In this document: one piece after another, positions 43,292-54,341 of the stretch
How the letters are laid out: every line of letters begins with the position of its first letter
How positions within the stretch are numbered: position 1 is the stretch's first letter
Assembly (NCBI RefSeq): GCF_051903065.1
Contig: NZ_CP178440.1
Direction: 5' to 3' (one strand)
Source: Escherichia coli
Lineage (GTDB): Bacteria > Pseudomonadota > Gammaproteobacteria > Enterobacterales > Enterobacteriaceae
Length of the DNA stretch: 64,000 nucleotides
Made by a program: the position numbers and the translations under genes
Notes under the pieces: model-generated
Database searches by the model: none
The model's input: only the letters and a program-made list of their open reading frames with translations
Told to the model about the DNA's origin: nothing

Positions 43292-44027
43292 AGCATTACT
43301 GCCACTGTTACTCTGCTGCTTTATTTTTCCGGCGTCAGGGAAAGATGCAGGCTGGCAGTGGTATAACGAGAAAATAAATCCGAAGGAAAAAGAAAATAAA
43401 CCTGTACCTGCAGCCCCCCGTCAGGAGCCGGATATTATGCAGAAACTGGCCGCGCTGCAGACGGCAACAAAGCGGGCGCTGTACGAAGCCATTCTGTATC
43501 CCGGTGTGGATAATTTTGTGAAATATTTCCGGCTGCAGAATTACTGGACTCAGCAGGCCGGGCTTTTCACCATGAGTGCTAAAAAGGCCATGCTGGCACA
43601 TCCCGAACTGGACTATAACCTGCAGTACAGCCATTACAACGGCACGGTACGGAACCAGCTGGCAGCAGACCAGGCGCAGCAGCGACAGGCGATTGCCAGA
43701 CTGGCAGAGCATTACGGCATTATGTTTTTTTACCGGGGGCAGGAACCCATCGACGGGCAGCTGGCGCAGGTCATTAATGGCTTCAGGGATACCTATGGTC
43801 TGAGTGTTATTCCCGTTTCCGTGGATGGCGTGATTAATCCGCTGTTGCCGGATTCCCGGACTGACCAGGGGCAGGCGCAGCGCCTCGGCGTGAAATATTT
43901 CCCGGCCATGATGCTGGTTGACCCGAAACAGGGCAGTGTTCGTCCGTTATCATACGGTTTTATTTCGCAGGACGACCTGGCAAAACAGTTCCTGAACGTT
44001 TCTGAAGATTTTAAACCGAACTTCTGA
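43284..44027 (+). CDS. traF: TraF (thioredoxin-fold pilus assembly protein)
   Basis: 247 aa from MNKALLPLLLCC, matches F TraF as recalled. Confidence 0.9.
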   Translation: MNKALLPLLLCCFIFPASGKDAGWQWYNEKINPKEKENKPVPAAPRQEPDIMQKLAALQTATKRALYEAILYPGVDNFVKYFRLQNYWTQQAGLFTMSAKKAMLAHPELDYNLQYSHYNGTVRNQLAADQAQQRQAIARLAEHYGIMFFYRGQEPIDGQLAQVINGFRDTYGLSVIPVSVDGVINPLLPDSRTDQGQAQRLGVKYFPAMMLVDPKQGSVRPLSYGFISQDDLAKQFLNVSEDFKPNF

Positions 44028-44142
44028 ATTACGGATATTTTCCGTTCGTCAGTAAATTCCATTAATTCTGAACCTGGTAATAATTCACCATTTATTCCGG
44101 TAGTCCCTTATTTAATTCTCTGTATGACAGGAGAGTTTTACT

Positions 44143-44424
44143 GTGCATAAATATAAATTCTCTTTACCCCGGCTTGATATTACGGGAATGTGGGTATTTT
44201 CCCTGGGTGTCTGGTTTCATATCGTCGCCCGTCTTGTTTACAGCAAACCCTGGATGGCTTTTTTTCTGGCGGAGTTGATTGCGGCCATCCTTGTGCTGTT
44301 CGGCGCATACCAGGTGCTGGATGCATGGATTGCCCGTGTCAGCCGGGAAGAGCGTGAGGCACTGGAAGCCAGGCAACAGGCCATGATGGCAGAGCAGCAG
44401 GAGGGCGGACATGTCTCTCACTAA
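44143..44424 (+). CDS. traQ: TraQ pilin chaperone (small inner-membrane protein); trbA appears absent
   Basis: 93-aa ORF with hydrophobic helices directly before trbB. Confidence 0.6.
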   Translation: MHKYKFSLPRLDITGMWVFSLGVWFHIVARLVYSKPWMAFFLAELIAAILVLFGAYQVLDAWIARVSREEREALEARQQAMMAEQQEGGHVSH

Positions 44425-44956
44425 ATTACTGCCGGTCATTTTGTTGATGATGGCCACAGGTGTGCAGGCCTCCACCCGGGATGAAATTGAACGACTCTGG
44501 AATCCGCAGGGTATGGCCGCGCAGCCTGCACAACCGGCAGCAGACACGTCAGCCAGGACAGAAAAGCCGGCTCCCCGCTGGTTCCGCCTCAGCAACGGCA
44601 GGCAGGTTAACCTGGCCGACTGGAAGGTGGTGCTGTTTATGCAGGGGCATTGCCCTTACTGCCACCAGTTTGACCCGGTACTGAAGCAGTTGGCACAGCA
44701 GTACGGCTTTTCCGTTTTTCCCTACACCCTGGATGGTCAGGGGGATACCGCCTTTCCGGAAGCATTACCGGTGCCACCGGACGTGATGCAGACCTTCTTC
44801 CCGAATATCCCGGTGGCCACACCGACCACCTTCCTGGTCAACGTCAACACGCTTGAGGCATTACCGCTTTTACAGGGGGCAACGGATGCCGCCGGTTTTA
44901 TGGCGCGGATGGATACCGTTCTGCAGATGTACGGAGGAAAAAAAGGTGCGAAATAA
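44411..44956 (+). CDS. trbB: TrbB thioredoxin-like disulfide isomerase
   Basis: CPYC motif, signal peptide. Confidence 0.85.
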   Translation: MSLTKLLPVILLMMATGVQASTRDEIERLWNPQGMAAQPAQPAADTSARTEKPAPRWFRLSNGRQVNLADWKVVLFMQGHCPYCHQFDPVLKQLAQQYGFSVFPYTLDGQGDTAFPEALPVPPDVMQTFFPNIPVATPTTFLVNVNTLEALPLLQGATDAAGFMARMDTVLQMYGGKKGAK

Positions 44957-45260
44957 GCAGGTGGTGTTACTCATTGCCGGAATATCCGGCATCGCGACGG
45001 GAATAATCGTCAGCCTGAATATCCCCTTTATCCGTCAGGGGCTTTTTTATCCCGCCAGCCCTGTAGAAATAGTCGTTTCGCTGTGTCTTACCTTTTCTGT
45101 TTCTGTTGTGTTTTTTGTGGGGGCAATTGTGGGATGGATTTTGGTGTCTGAAATATATTACAGCCGCATGACCGGTCTGAATGAATCATCAGTAATATCA
45201 GAGGAAACTTATAATGACAGCAAACAAAAAGAATCAGGAATTCAAAATCAGAAAAATTAG
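44946..45260 (+). CDS. trbJ: TrbJ (GTG start)
   Basis: In-frame GTG within ORF 44853-45260; hydrophobic small protein; start not certain. Confidence 0.5.
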   Translation: MRNKQVVLLIAGISGIATGIIVSLNIPFIRQGLFYPASPVEIVVSLCLTFSVSVVFFVGAIVGWILVSEIYYSRMTGLNESSVISEETYNDSKQKESGIQNQKN

Positions 45261-45606
45261 ACGGAATATTGAGTATAGTTTCAGGGATTCTGACAGATAT
45301 TTTGATTTGTTTATTGTTTTCCTTGTTGCCGGAATTGTTTTATGGGCAGTTATGCACGTTATTTTCGATGTCTGTATTGATTCATGGATGGCCGACCCGA
45401 AATTACTTAATTTCCAGTATATGTGGAATGTTCTGATGAAAGTCATTCCGTTTACGTTATGGGCGCTGGCAGCAGGGTTTCTTGTTACATTTTTTCTGTC
45501 CCCAATGTGCGAATTAATATTCGGAAATATCATGATATTCCTGCTGAAACGCCGTATGCGCCGGGAGAACACATTAAGGGAGGGCAGCAATAATGCTTCG
45601 CATTAA
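45214..45606 (+). CDS. trbF: TrbF
   Basis: ORF and gene order. Confidence 0.7.
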   Translation: MTANKKNQEFKIRKIRRNIEYSFRDSDRYFDLFIVFLVAGIVLWAVMHVIFDVCIDSWMADPKLLNFQYMWNVLMKVIPFTLWALAAGFLVTFFLSPMCELIFGNIMIFLLKRRMRRENTLREGSNNASH

Positions 45607-46966
45607 GCCTCTTTTTATTCTTTGTGCCGCCTTACTGACGGTGACGCCTGCAGCGTCAGCGGATGTGAACAGCGACATGAATCAGTTCTTTAACAAGCTG
45701 GGCTTCGCCTCCAATACCACACAGTCGGGCGTCTGGCAGGGGCAGGCTGCCGGCTATGCTTACGGCGGCTCCCTGTATGCCCGTACTCAGGTCAAAAATG
45801 TTCAGCTGATTTCCATGACGCTGCCGGATATCAATGCCGGATGTGGCGGCATCGATGCCTACCTCGGTTCGTTCAGTTTTATTAATGGCGAGCAGCTGCA
45901 GCGTTTTGTTAAGCAGATTATGAGCAATGCTGCCGGTTACTTTTTTGACCTTGCCCTGCAGACAACGGTGCCGGAAATCAAAACCGCAAAAGACTTCCTG
46001 CAGAAAATGGCAAGCGACATTAACAGTATGAACCTCAGTTCCTGCCAGGCGGCGCAGGGGATTATTGGCGGGCTTTTCCCCCGGACGCAGGTGTCCCAGC
46101 AAAAAGTCTGTCAGGACATTGCCGGTGAGAGCAATATTTTTGCTGACTGGGCGGCTTCCCGGCAGGGATGTACCGTTGGCGGGAAATCTGACAGTGTCAG
46201 GGATAAAGCCAGCGACAAGGATAAGGAGCGGGTGACCAAAAACATCAACATCATGTGGAATGCGCTTTCCAAAAACAGAATGTTTGACGGCAACAAAGAG
46301 CTGAAAGAGTTTGTGATGACGCTGACCGGCTCACTGGTGTTTGGTCCCAACGGCGAAATCACACCGCTGTCAGCCAGAACCACTGACCGCTCAATTATCC
46401 GGGCCATGATGGAAGGCGGCACAGCAAAAATTTATCACTGCAACGATTCTGATAAATGCCTGAAAGTGGTGGCAGACACACCGGTGACCATCAGCCGGGA
46501 TAATGCACTGAAGTCTCAGATTACTAAACTTCTGGCCAGCATTCAGAACAAGGCGGTCAGTGACACGCCTCTGGATGACAAGGAAAAAGGCTTTATTTCC
46601 AGTACCACCATCCCCGTCTTCAAATACCTGGTTGACCCGCAGATGCTCGGAGTTTCCAACAGCATGATTTACCAGCTGACGGACTATATCGGTTACGACA
46701 TCCTGCTGCAGTACATTCAGGAGCTGATACAGCAGGCCCGGGCGATGGTGGCCACAGGAAATTATGACGAAGCAGTTATCGAACATATTAACGACAACAT
46801 GAATGATGCCACCCGGCAGATTGCGGCGTTTCAGTCACAGGTGCAGGTACAGCAGGATGCGCTGCTGGTTGTCGATCGTCAGATGAGCTACATGCGTCAG
46901 CAGCTTTCCGCCCGCATGCTCAGTCGTTACCAGAACAACTATCACTTCGGAGGGAGCACGCTGTGA
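45593..46966 (+). CDS. traH: TraH
   Basis: 457-aa ORF with signal peptide. Confidence 0.9.
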   Translation: MLRIKPLFILCAALLTVTPAASADVNSDMNQFFNKLGFASNTTQSGVWQGQAAGYAYGGSLYARTQVKNVQLISMTLPDINAGCGGIDAYLGSFSFINGEQLQRFVKQIMSNAAGYFFDLALQTTVPEIKTAKDFLQKMASDINSMNLSSCQAAQGIIGGLFPRTQVSQQKVCQDIAGESNIFADWAASRQGCTVGGKSDSVRDKASDKDKERVTKNINIMWNALSKNRMFDGNKELKEFVMTLTGSLVFGPNGEITPLSARTTDRSIIRAMMEGGTAKIYHCNDSDKCLKVVADTPVTISRDNALKSQITKLLASIQNKAVSDTPLDDKEKGFISSTTIPVFKYLVDPQMLGVSNSMIYQLTDYIGYDILLQYIQELIQQARAMVATGNYDEAVIEHINDNMNDATRQIAAFQSQVQVQQDALLVVDRQMSYMRQQLSARMLSRYQNNYHFGGSTL

Positions 46967-49779
46967 ATGAAGTTTATGTGATTGCCGGTGGTGAGTGGTT
47001 GCGGAATAACCTGAACGCCATTGCCGCCTTTATGGGAACCAGGACGTGGGATTCCATTGAAAAAATTGCGCTCACATTGTCTGTTCTCGCGGTGGCCGTG
47101 ATGTGGGTACAGCGGCACAACGTGATGGATTTGCTGGGCTGGGTGGCCGTGTTTGTGCTTATCAGCCTGCTGGTTAATGTCCGCACATCGGTGCAGATTA
47201 TTGATAACAGTGACCTGGTCAAAGTTCACCGGGTGGATAATGTACCGGTCGGACTGGCGATGCCACTTTCACTGACGACCCGTATCGGGCATGCGATGGT
47301 GGCAGGTTATGAGATGGTGTTCGCTCAGCCTGACAGCGCCACCTACAGCAAGACAGGCATGCTGTTCGGGGCGAACCTGATTGTGAAAAGCACCGATTTC
47401 CTGTCCCGGAATCCGGAAATCATCAATCTGTTTCAGGACTACGTCCAGAACTGCGTGCTGGGTGATATTTACCTGAACCACAAATACACGCTGGAAGACC
47501 TGATGGCCTCCGGTGACCCCTACACGCTGATTTTTTCCCGGCCCAGCCCGCTACGGGGCGTTTATGACAGCAATAATAATTTCATAACCTGTAAAGATGC
47601 GTCGGTCACGCTGAAAGACAGGCTGAATCTCGATACAAAGACGGGAGGCAAGACCTGGCATTATTATGTGCAGCAGATATTTGGCGGCAGGCCGGACCCT
47701 GACCTGTTATTCAGACAACTGGTGAGTGACAGTTACAGTTATTTCTACGGCTCCAGCCAGTCTGCCAGCCAGATTATGCGCCAGAACGTCACCATGAATG
47801 CCCTGAAAGAGGGTATCACCAGTAATGCGGCCCGTAACGGTGATACCGCCAGCCTGGTCAGTCTGGCCACGACTTCGTCGATGGAGAAACAGCGTCTGGC
47901 ACATGTCTCCATTGGTCATGTGCTGATGCGAAACCTGCCGATGGTGCAGACCATTCTGGTGGGCATTACCATTGGTATCTTCCCGCTCCTGGTACTGGCG
48001 GCTGTCTTCAACAGACTGACGCTGTCTGTTCTGAGAGGCTATGTGTTTGCTCTGATGTGGTTCCAGACCTGGCCGTTGCTGTATGCCATTCTGAACAGTG
48101 CCATGACATTCTATGCAAAGCAGAATGGTGCACCGGTCGTGCTCTCTGAACTCTCTCAGATACAGCTGAAATACTCCGACCTGGCGTCCACTGCCGGATA
48201 TATATCTGTCATGATACCCCCGTTGTCATGGATGATGGTAAAAGGCCTTGGCGCAGGTTTTTCCAGCGTGTACAGCCATTTCGCTTCCTCTGCTATCAGT
48301 CCAACTGCCAGTGCGGCAGGTAGTGTGGTTGACGGTAATTACTCCTACGGCAACATGCAGACGGAAAACGTGAACGGCTTCAGCTGGAGCACCAACAGCA
48401 CCACGTCGTTTGGTCAGATGATGTACCAGACCGGCAGTGGCGCAACCGCCACACAGACCCGTGACGGTAATATGGTGATGGATGCAAGCGGAGCTATGTC
48501 CCGGTTACCGGTCGGCATCAATGCAACGCGTCAGATTGCGGCAGCACAACAGGAAATGTCCCGGGAAGCATCGAACAGAGCAGAAAGTGCCCTGCATGGG
48601 TTCAGCAGCAGTATTGCCAGTGCCTGGAACACGCTCAGTCAGTTTGGTTCTAACCGGGGGAGCAGTGATTCTGTCACAGGTGGTGCTGACAGCACCATGA
48701 GCGCACAGGACTCCATGATGGCCAGCCGTATGCGCAGTGCAGTGGAAAGCTATGCGAAGGCGCATAATATCAGTAATGAGCAGGCGACAAGAGAACTGGC
48801 ATCGAGAAGTACAAATGCGTCGCTTGGCCTTTACGGTGATGCTTATGCTAAAGGGCATTTAGGCATAAGTGTATTGGGTAACGGTGGAGGGGTTGGTCTC
48901 CAGGCCGGAGCTAAGGCAAGCATTGATGGCAGTGATCTTGACTCACATGAAGCCAGTAGTGGTTCACGGGCCAGCCATGATGCTCGTCATGATATCGATG
49001 CCAGAGCTACACAAGACTTTAAAGAGGCCAGCGATTACTTTACCAGCCGCAAAGTCAGTGAATCCGGCAGCCATACTGACAATAATGCCGATTCCCGCGT
49101 GGACCAGCTGTCTGCAGCCCTGAACTCAGCGAAACAGAGTTACGACCAGTACACGACGAATATGACCCGCAGCCATGAATATGCTGAAATGGCATCCCGT
49201 ACTGAAAGCATGAGTGGGCAGATGAGTGAAGATCTGTCGCAACAGTTTGCACAGTATGTGATGAAACACGCACCGCAGGATGCCGAAGCTATTCTGACAA
49301 ACACCAGTTCACCGGAGATTGCAGAACGCCGCCGGGCGATGGCGTGGTCTTTTGTGCAGGAACAGGTGCAGCCTGGTGTTGATAATGCCTGGCGTGAATC
49401 CCGTGGCGATATTGGTAAAGGAATGGAGAGCGTACCTTCGGGTGGTGGCAGCCAGGATATTATTGCTGACCATCAGGGGCATCAGGCCATTATTGATCAA
49501 AGAACGCAGGACAGTAATATCCGGAATGATGTAAAACATCAGGTTGATAATATGGTCACAGAATATAAAGGGAATATAGGTGATACTCAGAACAGTATCC
49601 GTGGCGAGGAAAATATTGTAAGAGGGCAGTATTCTGAACTACAAAATCATCATAAAACAGAAGCATTAACTCAGAATAATAAATATAATGAAGAAAAGCT
49701 GGCTCAGGAAAGAATACCTGGTGCTGATAGTCCGAAAGAGCTTTTAGAGAAAGCAAAGAGTTACCAGCATAAAGAATAA
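46963..49779 (+). CDS. traG: TraG (mating-pair stabilisation / entry-exclusion determinant)
   Basis: 938-aa ORF, N-terminal membrane domain. Confidence 0.9.
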   Translation: MNEVYVIAGGEWLRNNLNAIAAFMGTRTWDSIEKIALTLSVLAVAVMWVQRHNVMDLLGWVAVFVLISLLVNVRTSVQIIDNSDLVKVHRVDNVPVGLAMPLSLTTRIGHAMVAGYEMVFAQPDSATYSKTGMLFGANLIVKSTDFLSRNPEIINLFQDYVQNCVLGDIYLNHKYTLEDLMASGDPYTLIFSRPSPLRGVYDSNNNFITCKDASVTLKDRLNLDTKTGGKTWHYYVQQIFGGRPDPDLLFRQLVSDSYSYFYGSSQSASQIMRQNVTMNALKEGITSNAARNGDTASLVSLATTSSMEKQRLAHVSIGHVLMRNLPMVQTILVGITIGIFPLLVLAAVFNRLTLSVLRGYVFALMWFQTWPLLYAILNSAMTFYAKQNGAPVVLSELSQIQLKYSDLASTAGYISVMIPPLSWMMVKGLGAGFSSVYSHFASSAISPTASAAGSVVDGNYSYGNMQTENVNGFSWSTNSTTSFGQMMYQTGSGATATQTRDGNMVMDASGAMSRLPVGINATRQIAAAQQEMSREASNRAESALHGFSSSIASAWNTLSQFGSNRGSSDSVTGGADSTMSAQDSMMASRMRSAVESYAKAHNISNEQATRELASRSTNASLGLYGDAYAKGHLGISVLGNGGGVGLQAGAKASIDGSDLDSHEASSGSRASHDARHDIDARATQDFKEASDYFTSRKVSESGSHTDNNADSRVDQLSAALNSAKQSYDQYTTNMTRSHEYAEMASRTESMSGQMSEDLSQQFAQYVMKHAPQDAEAILTNTSSPEIAERRRAMAWSFVQEQVQPGVDNAWRESRGDIGKGMESVPSGGGSQDIIADHQGHQAIIDQRTQDSNIRNDVKHQVDNMVTEYKGNIGDTQNSIRGEENIVRGQYSELQNHHKTEALTQNNKYNEEKLAQERIPGADSPKELLEKAKSYQHKE

Positions 49780-49811
49780 TCGTAACATGTTGGGTAGGGT
49801 ATGGAGAGGCC

Positions 49812-50333
49812 ATGATTACACAACAAATTATCAGTAGTGAGTTGGAAGTTTTAAAGAAACATATTGACTCAGGAGATATTAGAATTCCGTCACTATGGCA
49901 GGGATTAAAACCCGGGTTTATAATCATGGGATGGATGATTTTTTGTCCCTTACTAATGTCATTTCTAATAACACAAAAGACAAGTGAAACACTCACTGCT
50001 GTGTTAGCCGGAGGATGGCTTGGACTTATTATTCTGTTTATTGTGGCAAGGATTAGAATGTTATATTTCTCTCTGCCGGAAGAATTCCTAAAGACATCAT
50101 CCGTAATGAGGATTATATCATCAAAACTGAAAGTGTATTTCATTGTGTATATGGGAATTATATTTTTATGGTCTTTTTTAGGTGGAGGGATTATATACGG
50201 TTTTGGTGCAATTTTAGTGACGGTTATTATGGCGTTCTTGATTCAATTAGATATCGGTAGATATCAATTTGTTGGTGTTATTGATGCAATCAATAGTTAC
50301 GTCAAAAACAAGAAGTTATCAAGAGTAAAATAA
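49812..50333 (+). CDS. traS: TraS entry exclusion inner-membrane protein
   Basis: Hydrophobic 173-aa ORF, AT-rich, between traG and traT. Confidence 0.75.
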   Translation: MITQQIISSELEVLKKHIDSGDIRIPSLWQGLKPGFIIMGWMIFCPLLMSFLITQKTSETLTAVLAGGWLGLIILFIVARIRMLYFSLPEEFLKTSSVMRIISSKLKVYFIVYMGIIFLWSFLGGGIIYGFGAILVTVIMAFLIQLDIGRYQFVGVIDAINSYVKNKKLSRVK

Positions 50334-50354
50334 AAGATATTAGAGAGTAAATAT

Positions 50355-51089
50355 ATGATGAAAACAAAAAAACTAATGATGGTTGCACTGGTCAGTTCCA
50401 CTCTGGTCCTTTCAGGGTGTGGTGCGATGAGCACAGCAATCAAGAAGCGTAACCTTGAGGTGAAGACTCAGATGAGTGAGACCATCTGGCTTGAACCCGC
50501 CAGCGAACGCACGGTATTTCTGCAGATCAAAAACACGTCTGATAAAGACATGAGTGGGCTGCAGGGCAAAATTGCTGATGCTGTGAAAGCAAAAGGATAT
50601 CAGGTGGTGACTTCTCCGGATAAAGCCTACTACTGGATTCAGGCGAATGTGCTGAAGGCCGATAAGATGGATCTGCGGGAATCTCAGGGATGGCTGAACC
50701 GTGGTTATGAAGGCGCAGCAGTTGGTGCAGCGTTAGGTGCCGGTATCACCGGATATAATTCCAGTTCTGCCGGTGCCACACTCGGTGTGGGCCTTGCTGC
50801 CGGTCTGGTGGGTATGGCTGCAGATGCGATGGTGGAAGATGTGAACTATACCATGATCACGGATGTGCAGATTGCAGAGCGTACTAAGGCAACGGTGACA
50901 ACGGATAATGTTGCCGCCCTGCGTCAGGGCACATCAGGTGCGAAAATTCAGACCAGTACTGAAACAGGTAACCAGCATAAATACCAGACCCGTGTGGTCT
51001 CAAATGCGAACAAGGTTAACCTGAAATTTGAAGAGGCGAAGCCTGTTCTCGAAGACCAGCTGGCCAAATCAATCGCAAATATTCTCTGA
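50355..51089 (+). CDS. traT: TraT surface exclusion / serum-resistance lipoprotein
   Basis: Lipobox LSGC; near-identical to F TraT as recalled. Confidence 0.95.
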   Translation: MMKTKKLMMVALVSSTLVLSGCGAMSTAIKKRNLEVKTQMSETIWLEPASERTVFLQIKNTSDKDMSGLQGKIADAVKAKGYQVVTSPDKAYYWIQANVLKADKMDLRESQGWLNRGYEGAAVGAALGAGITGYNSSSAGATLGVGLAAGLVGMAADAMVEDVNYTMITDVQIAERTKATVTTDNVAALRQGTSGAKIQTSTETGNQHKYQTRVVSNANKVNLKFEEAKPVLEDQLAKSIANIL

Positions 51090-51291
51090 ACCTCGTCAGG
51101 AGGCTGGTCTGACCGGCCTCCTTGCTGACGCCTCGCGTTGCTCGTTGTCCAACCCCGGGACGTAACAAAATAAATTTTGTCACTTCCCGACGTTTCCGAA
51201 ATAAATATGAAAACACTGAGCGGTTGTGCAAATTCTTTGTGCGACCGTGAAGTGTTGCCGGCGAAGCCGGGATCTTCCGGAGAAAGTCATT

Positions 51292-52029
51292 ATGACATCA
51301 GACAATATCGCTGAATATGTTGGTGAGAATAATCAATTTACTGAGAAGCCTGTAACTGAATACCCCCCGGTGATACAGAATAATACAGTGACCACTAAAG
51401 ACTATCTGTACAGCAATAATATTGATACTGACCTTTTAGTGGTTATCGGAGGGCTTATTGTTATATTGTTTCTCATGATGCTTATCATGTACTTTATTAA
51501 TTCTCTCAGGCATAAGGAATTAACTGAAATACTGACAAAAATATCTTTTCCTGAAAAATCCGGGAGCAATTCGCTTAAACCGGAAGCGGTCAGCTGTAAT
51601 TTGTTGTCCCTGTGTGTGCTGGCACCGGTATTCTTTACACCCAGAAAGCTGGCTGAAGTTTCCAGGGAGATCATCGTGGCGAGTGCGCAGGAAATTGCAT
51701 GGACGCCGGGGAGCAGTCGTATTGATGGCCACCAGGCGGAGAATATCACCTGGGCGATTTCATCGCAGTCTCCTGCCGATAAGTATGATCTCATCAATAA
51801 AACGTCCCGTGTTTCTCCTGACAGTGGCCGTTTTTATGAACCGGACACAGTTCTGGATCACCGTGAGCGGGTACGCCTTTTTGTTCAGATCCAGTTTCCG
51901 CATGGGAGTGACTGGTCTGAAGTATTGCGCCTGACTGACATTGTTACAGAGAAGGTCTCTTCCGGCAGGGCTGCAGGCGGGTATCACCACCGGCATACAG
52001 GGTACACCTGGTCTGTTTCTGTGAATTAA
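51292..52029 (+). CDS. Hypothetical protein (about 245 aa, one predicted transmembrane helix) between traT and traD
   Basis: ORF from ATG 51292; not part of the core F tra gene set as I recall. Confidence 0.5.
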   Translation: MTSDNIAEYVGENNQFTEKPVTEYPPVIQNNTVTTKDYLYSNNIDTDLLVVIGGLIVILFLMMLIMYFINSLRHKELTEILTKISFPEKSGSNSLKPEAVSCNLLSLCVLAPVFFTPRKLAEVSREIIVASAQEIAWTPGSSRIDGHQAENITWAISSQSPADKYDLINKTSRVSPDSGRFYEPDTVLDHRERVRLFVQIQFPHGSDWSEVLRLTDIVTEKVSSGRAAGGYHHRHTGYTWSVSVN

Positions 52030-52079
52030 CCCCACATCATCCTTTTCTGCCCTGTTCCAGATTTTCCCGGAGTTTCATC

Positions 52080-54341
52080 ATGAGTTTTAACGCAAAGGAT
52101 ATGACCCAGGGCGGTCAGATTGCGTCCATGCGTATCCGCATGTTCAGCCAGATCGCCAATATCATGCTTTACTGCCTGTTTATTTTTTTCTGGATACTCG
52201 TTGGTCTGGTTTTATGGGTAAAAATAAGCTGGCAGACGTTTGTGAACGGCTGTATTTACTGGTGGTGTACCACGCTGGAAGGCATGCGGGATTTAATCAA
52301 GTCCCAGCCGGTCTATGAGATCCAGTATTACGGCAAAACCTTCCGGATGAATGCTGCTCAGGTACTGCATGATAAATATATGATCTGGTGCGGAGAGCAG
52401 CTATGGTCCGCATTCGTTCTGGCCACAGTTGTGGCACTGGTTATTTGCCTGATTACCTTCTTTGTTGTCTCCTGGATTCTGGGGCGTCAGGGTAAACAAC
52501 AGAGCGAAAATGAAGTCACAGGTGGTCGTCAGCTGACAGACAATCCGAAAGACGTTGCCCGGATGCTGAAAAAAGACGGCAAGGACTCCGATATCCGGAT
52601 TGGCGACCTGCCGATTATCCGGGATTCTGAAATCCAGAACTTCTGTCTGCACGGCACGGTCGGGGCCGGTAAGTCGGAAGTTATCCGTCGTCTGGCCAAC
52701 TACGCCCGTCAGCGCGGTGATATGGTGGTGATTTATGACCGTTCAGGGGAATTTGTTAAAAGTTACTATGATCCCTCCATCGATAAGATCCTGAATCCGC
52801 TGGATGCCCGCTGTGCCGCCTGGGATTTATGGAAGGAGTGTCTGACACAGCCGGATTTTGATAATACGGCAAATACCCTGATCCCGATGGGCACAAAAGA
52901 GGACCCGTTCTGGCAGGGTTCAGGACGTACCATTTTTGCGGAAGCGGCGTACCTGATGCGTAATGACCCCAACCGCAGCTACAGCAAACTGGTGGACACA
53001 CTGCTTTCCATCAAAATCGAAAAACTGCGTACCTTCCTGCGTAATTCACCGGCGGCCAACCTGGTGGAAGAGAAAATTGAGAAAACGGCGATTTCCATCC
53101 GTGCTGTGCTGACCAACTACGTGAAAGCCATCCGTTACCTGCAGGGGATTGAGCATAACGGTGAGTCTTTTACCATCCGTGACTGGATGCGGGGTGTCCG
53201 GGAAGATCAGAAAAACGGCTGGCTGTTTATCTCGTCGAATGCCGACACCCATGCCTCCCTGAAGCCGGTGATCTCCATGTGGCTGTCCATTGCCATTCGT
53301 GGTCTGCTGGCAATGGGAGAAAACCGTAACCGTCGTGTGTGGTTTTTCTGTGATGAGCTACCCACGTTACACAAACTGCCGGACCTGGTGGAGATCCTGC
53401 CGGAAGCCCGTAAGTTCGGTGGCTGTTATGTGTTTGGTATCCAGTCCTATGCCCAGCTGGAAGATATCTACGGTGAGAAAGCGGCTGCCACGCTGTTTGA
53501 CGTCATGAACACCCGTGCCTTTTTCCGTTCTCCCAGCCATAAGATTGCAGAGTTCGCTGCCGGTGAGATTGGTGAGAAAGAGCACCTGAAAGCCAGCGAG
53601 CAGTACTCCTACGGTGCTGATCCGGTACGTGACGGGGTATCGACCGGTAAGGATATGGAGCGCCAGACGCTGGTCAGTTATTCCGACATTCAGTCTCTGC
53701 CGGATTTGACCTGTTATGTCACCCTGCCCGGACCGTATCCGGCAGTAAAACTCTCACTGAAATATCAGGCACGTCCGAAGGTTGCCCCTGAGTTTATTCC
53801 GCGTGACATCAACCCGGAAATGGAGAACCGCCTGAGCGCCGTACTTGCCGCAAGGGAAGCAGAAGGTCGTCAGATGGCCAGCCTCTTCGAACCGGATGTG
53901 CCGGAAGTTGTTTCCGGAGAAGACGTGACTCAGGCTGAACAGCCGCAACAGCCGCAACAGCCGCAACAGCCGCAACAGCCGCAACAGCCGCAACAGCCGC
54001 AACAGCCGCAACAGCCGCAACAGCCGCAACAGCCGCAACAGCCGCAACAGCCGCAACAGCCGGTGTCTCCCGCCATCAACGATAAGAAGTCAGATTCAGG
54101 TGTGAATGTTCCGGCAGGGGGGATCGAGCAGGAGCTGAAAATGAAACCGGAAGAAGAGATGGAACAGCAACTGCCACCCGGGATCAGTGAATCCGGTGAA
54201 GTGGTGGATATGGCCGCTTATGAGGCATGGCAACAGGAAAATCATCCGGACATCCAGCAGCAGATGCAGCGTCGTGAAGAGGTGAACATTAATGTGCACC
54301 GGGAGCGCGGGGAGGATGTTGAGCCGGGAGATGATTTCTGA
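52080..54341 (+). CDS. traD: TraD type IV coupling protein
   Basis: 753-aa ORF, Walker [10 protein letters not shown]-terminal QPQ repeat and acidic tail. Confidence 0.95.
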   Translation: MSFNAKDMTQGGQIASMRIRMFSQIANIMLYCLFIFFWILVGLVLWVKISWQTFVNGCIYWWCTTLEGMRDLIKSQPVYEIQYYGKTFRMNAAQVLHDKYMIWCGEQLWSAFVLATVVALVICLITFFVVSWILGRQGKQQSENEVTGGRQLTDNPKDVARMLKKDGKDSDIRIGDLPIIRDSEIQNFCLHGTVGAGKSEVIRRLANYARQRGDMVVIYDRSGEFVKSYYDPSIDKILNPLDARCAAWDLWKECLTQPDFDNTANTLIPMGTKEDPFWQGSGRTIFAEAAYLMRNDPNRSYSKLVDTLLSIKIEKLRTFLRNSPAANLVEEKIEKTAISIRAVLTNYVKAIRYLQGIEHNGESFTIRDWMRGVREDQKNGWLFISSNADTHASLKPVISMWLSIAIRGLLAMGENRNRRVWFFCDELPTLHKLPDLVEILPEARKFGGCYVFGIQSYAQLEDIYGEKAAATLFDVMNTRAFFRSPSHKIAEFAAGEIGEKEHLKASEQYSYGADPVRDGVSTGKDMERQTLVSYSDIQSLPDLTCYVTLPGPYPAVKLSLKYQARPKVAPEFIPRDINPEMENRLSAVLAAREAEGRQMASLFEPDVPEVVSGEDVTQAEQPQQPQQPQQPQQPQQPQQPQQPQQPQQPQQPQQPQQPQQPVSPAINDKKSDSGVNVPAGGIEQELKMKPEEEMEQQLPPGISESGEVVDMAAYEAWQQENHPDIQQQMQRREEVNINVHRERGEDVEPGDDF
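53940..54062 (+). repeat. Tandem 9-bp repeat cagccgcaa, about 13.7 copies, in-frame within traD (QPQ repeats)
   Basis: Counted directly in sequence. Confidence 0.95.

Noticed and set aside
44164-44595. 143-aa minus-strand ORF opposite traQ/trbB, considered as a possible artA homologue
   Set aside because: F encodes artA antisense in this neighbourhood, but I cannot confirm sequence similarity; composition looks like an antisense shadow, so not called.
53940-54062. Possible CRISPR-like array suggested by the regular 9-bp repeats
   Set aside because: Perfect tandem repeats with no spacers, entirely in-frame within traD encoding a QPQ tract; a coding microsatellite, not CRISPR.
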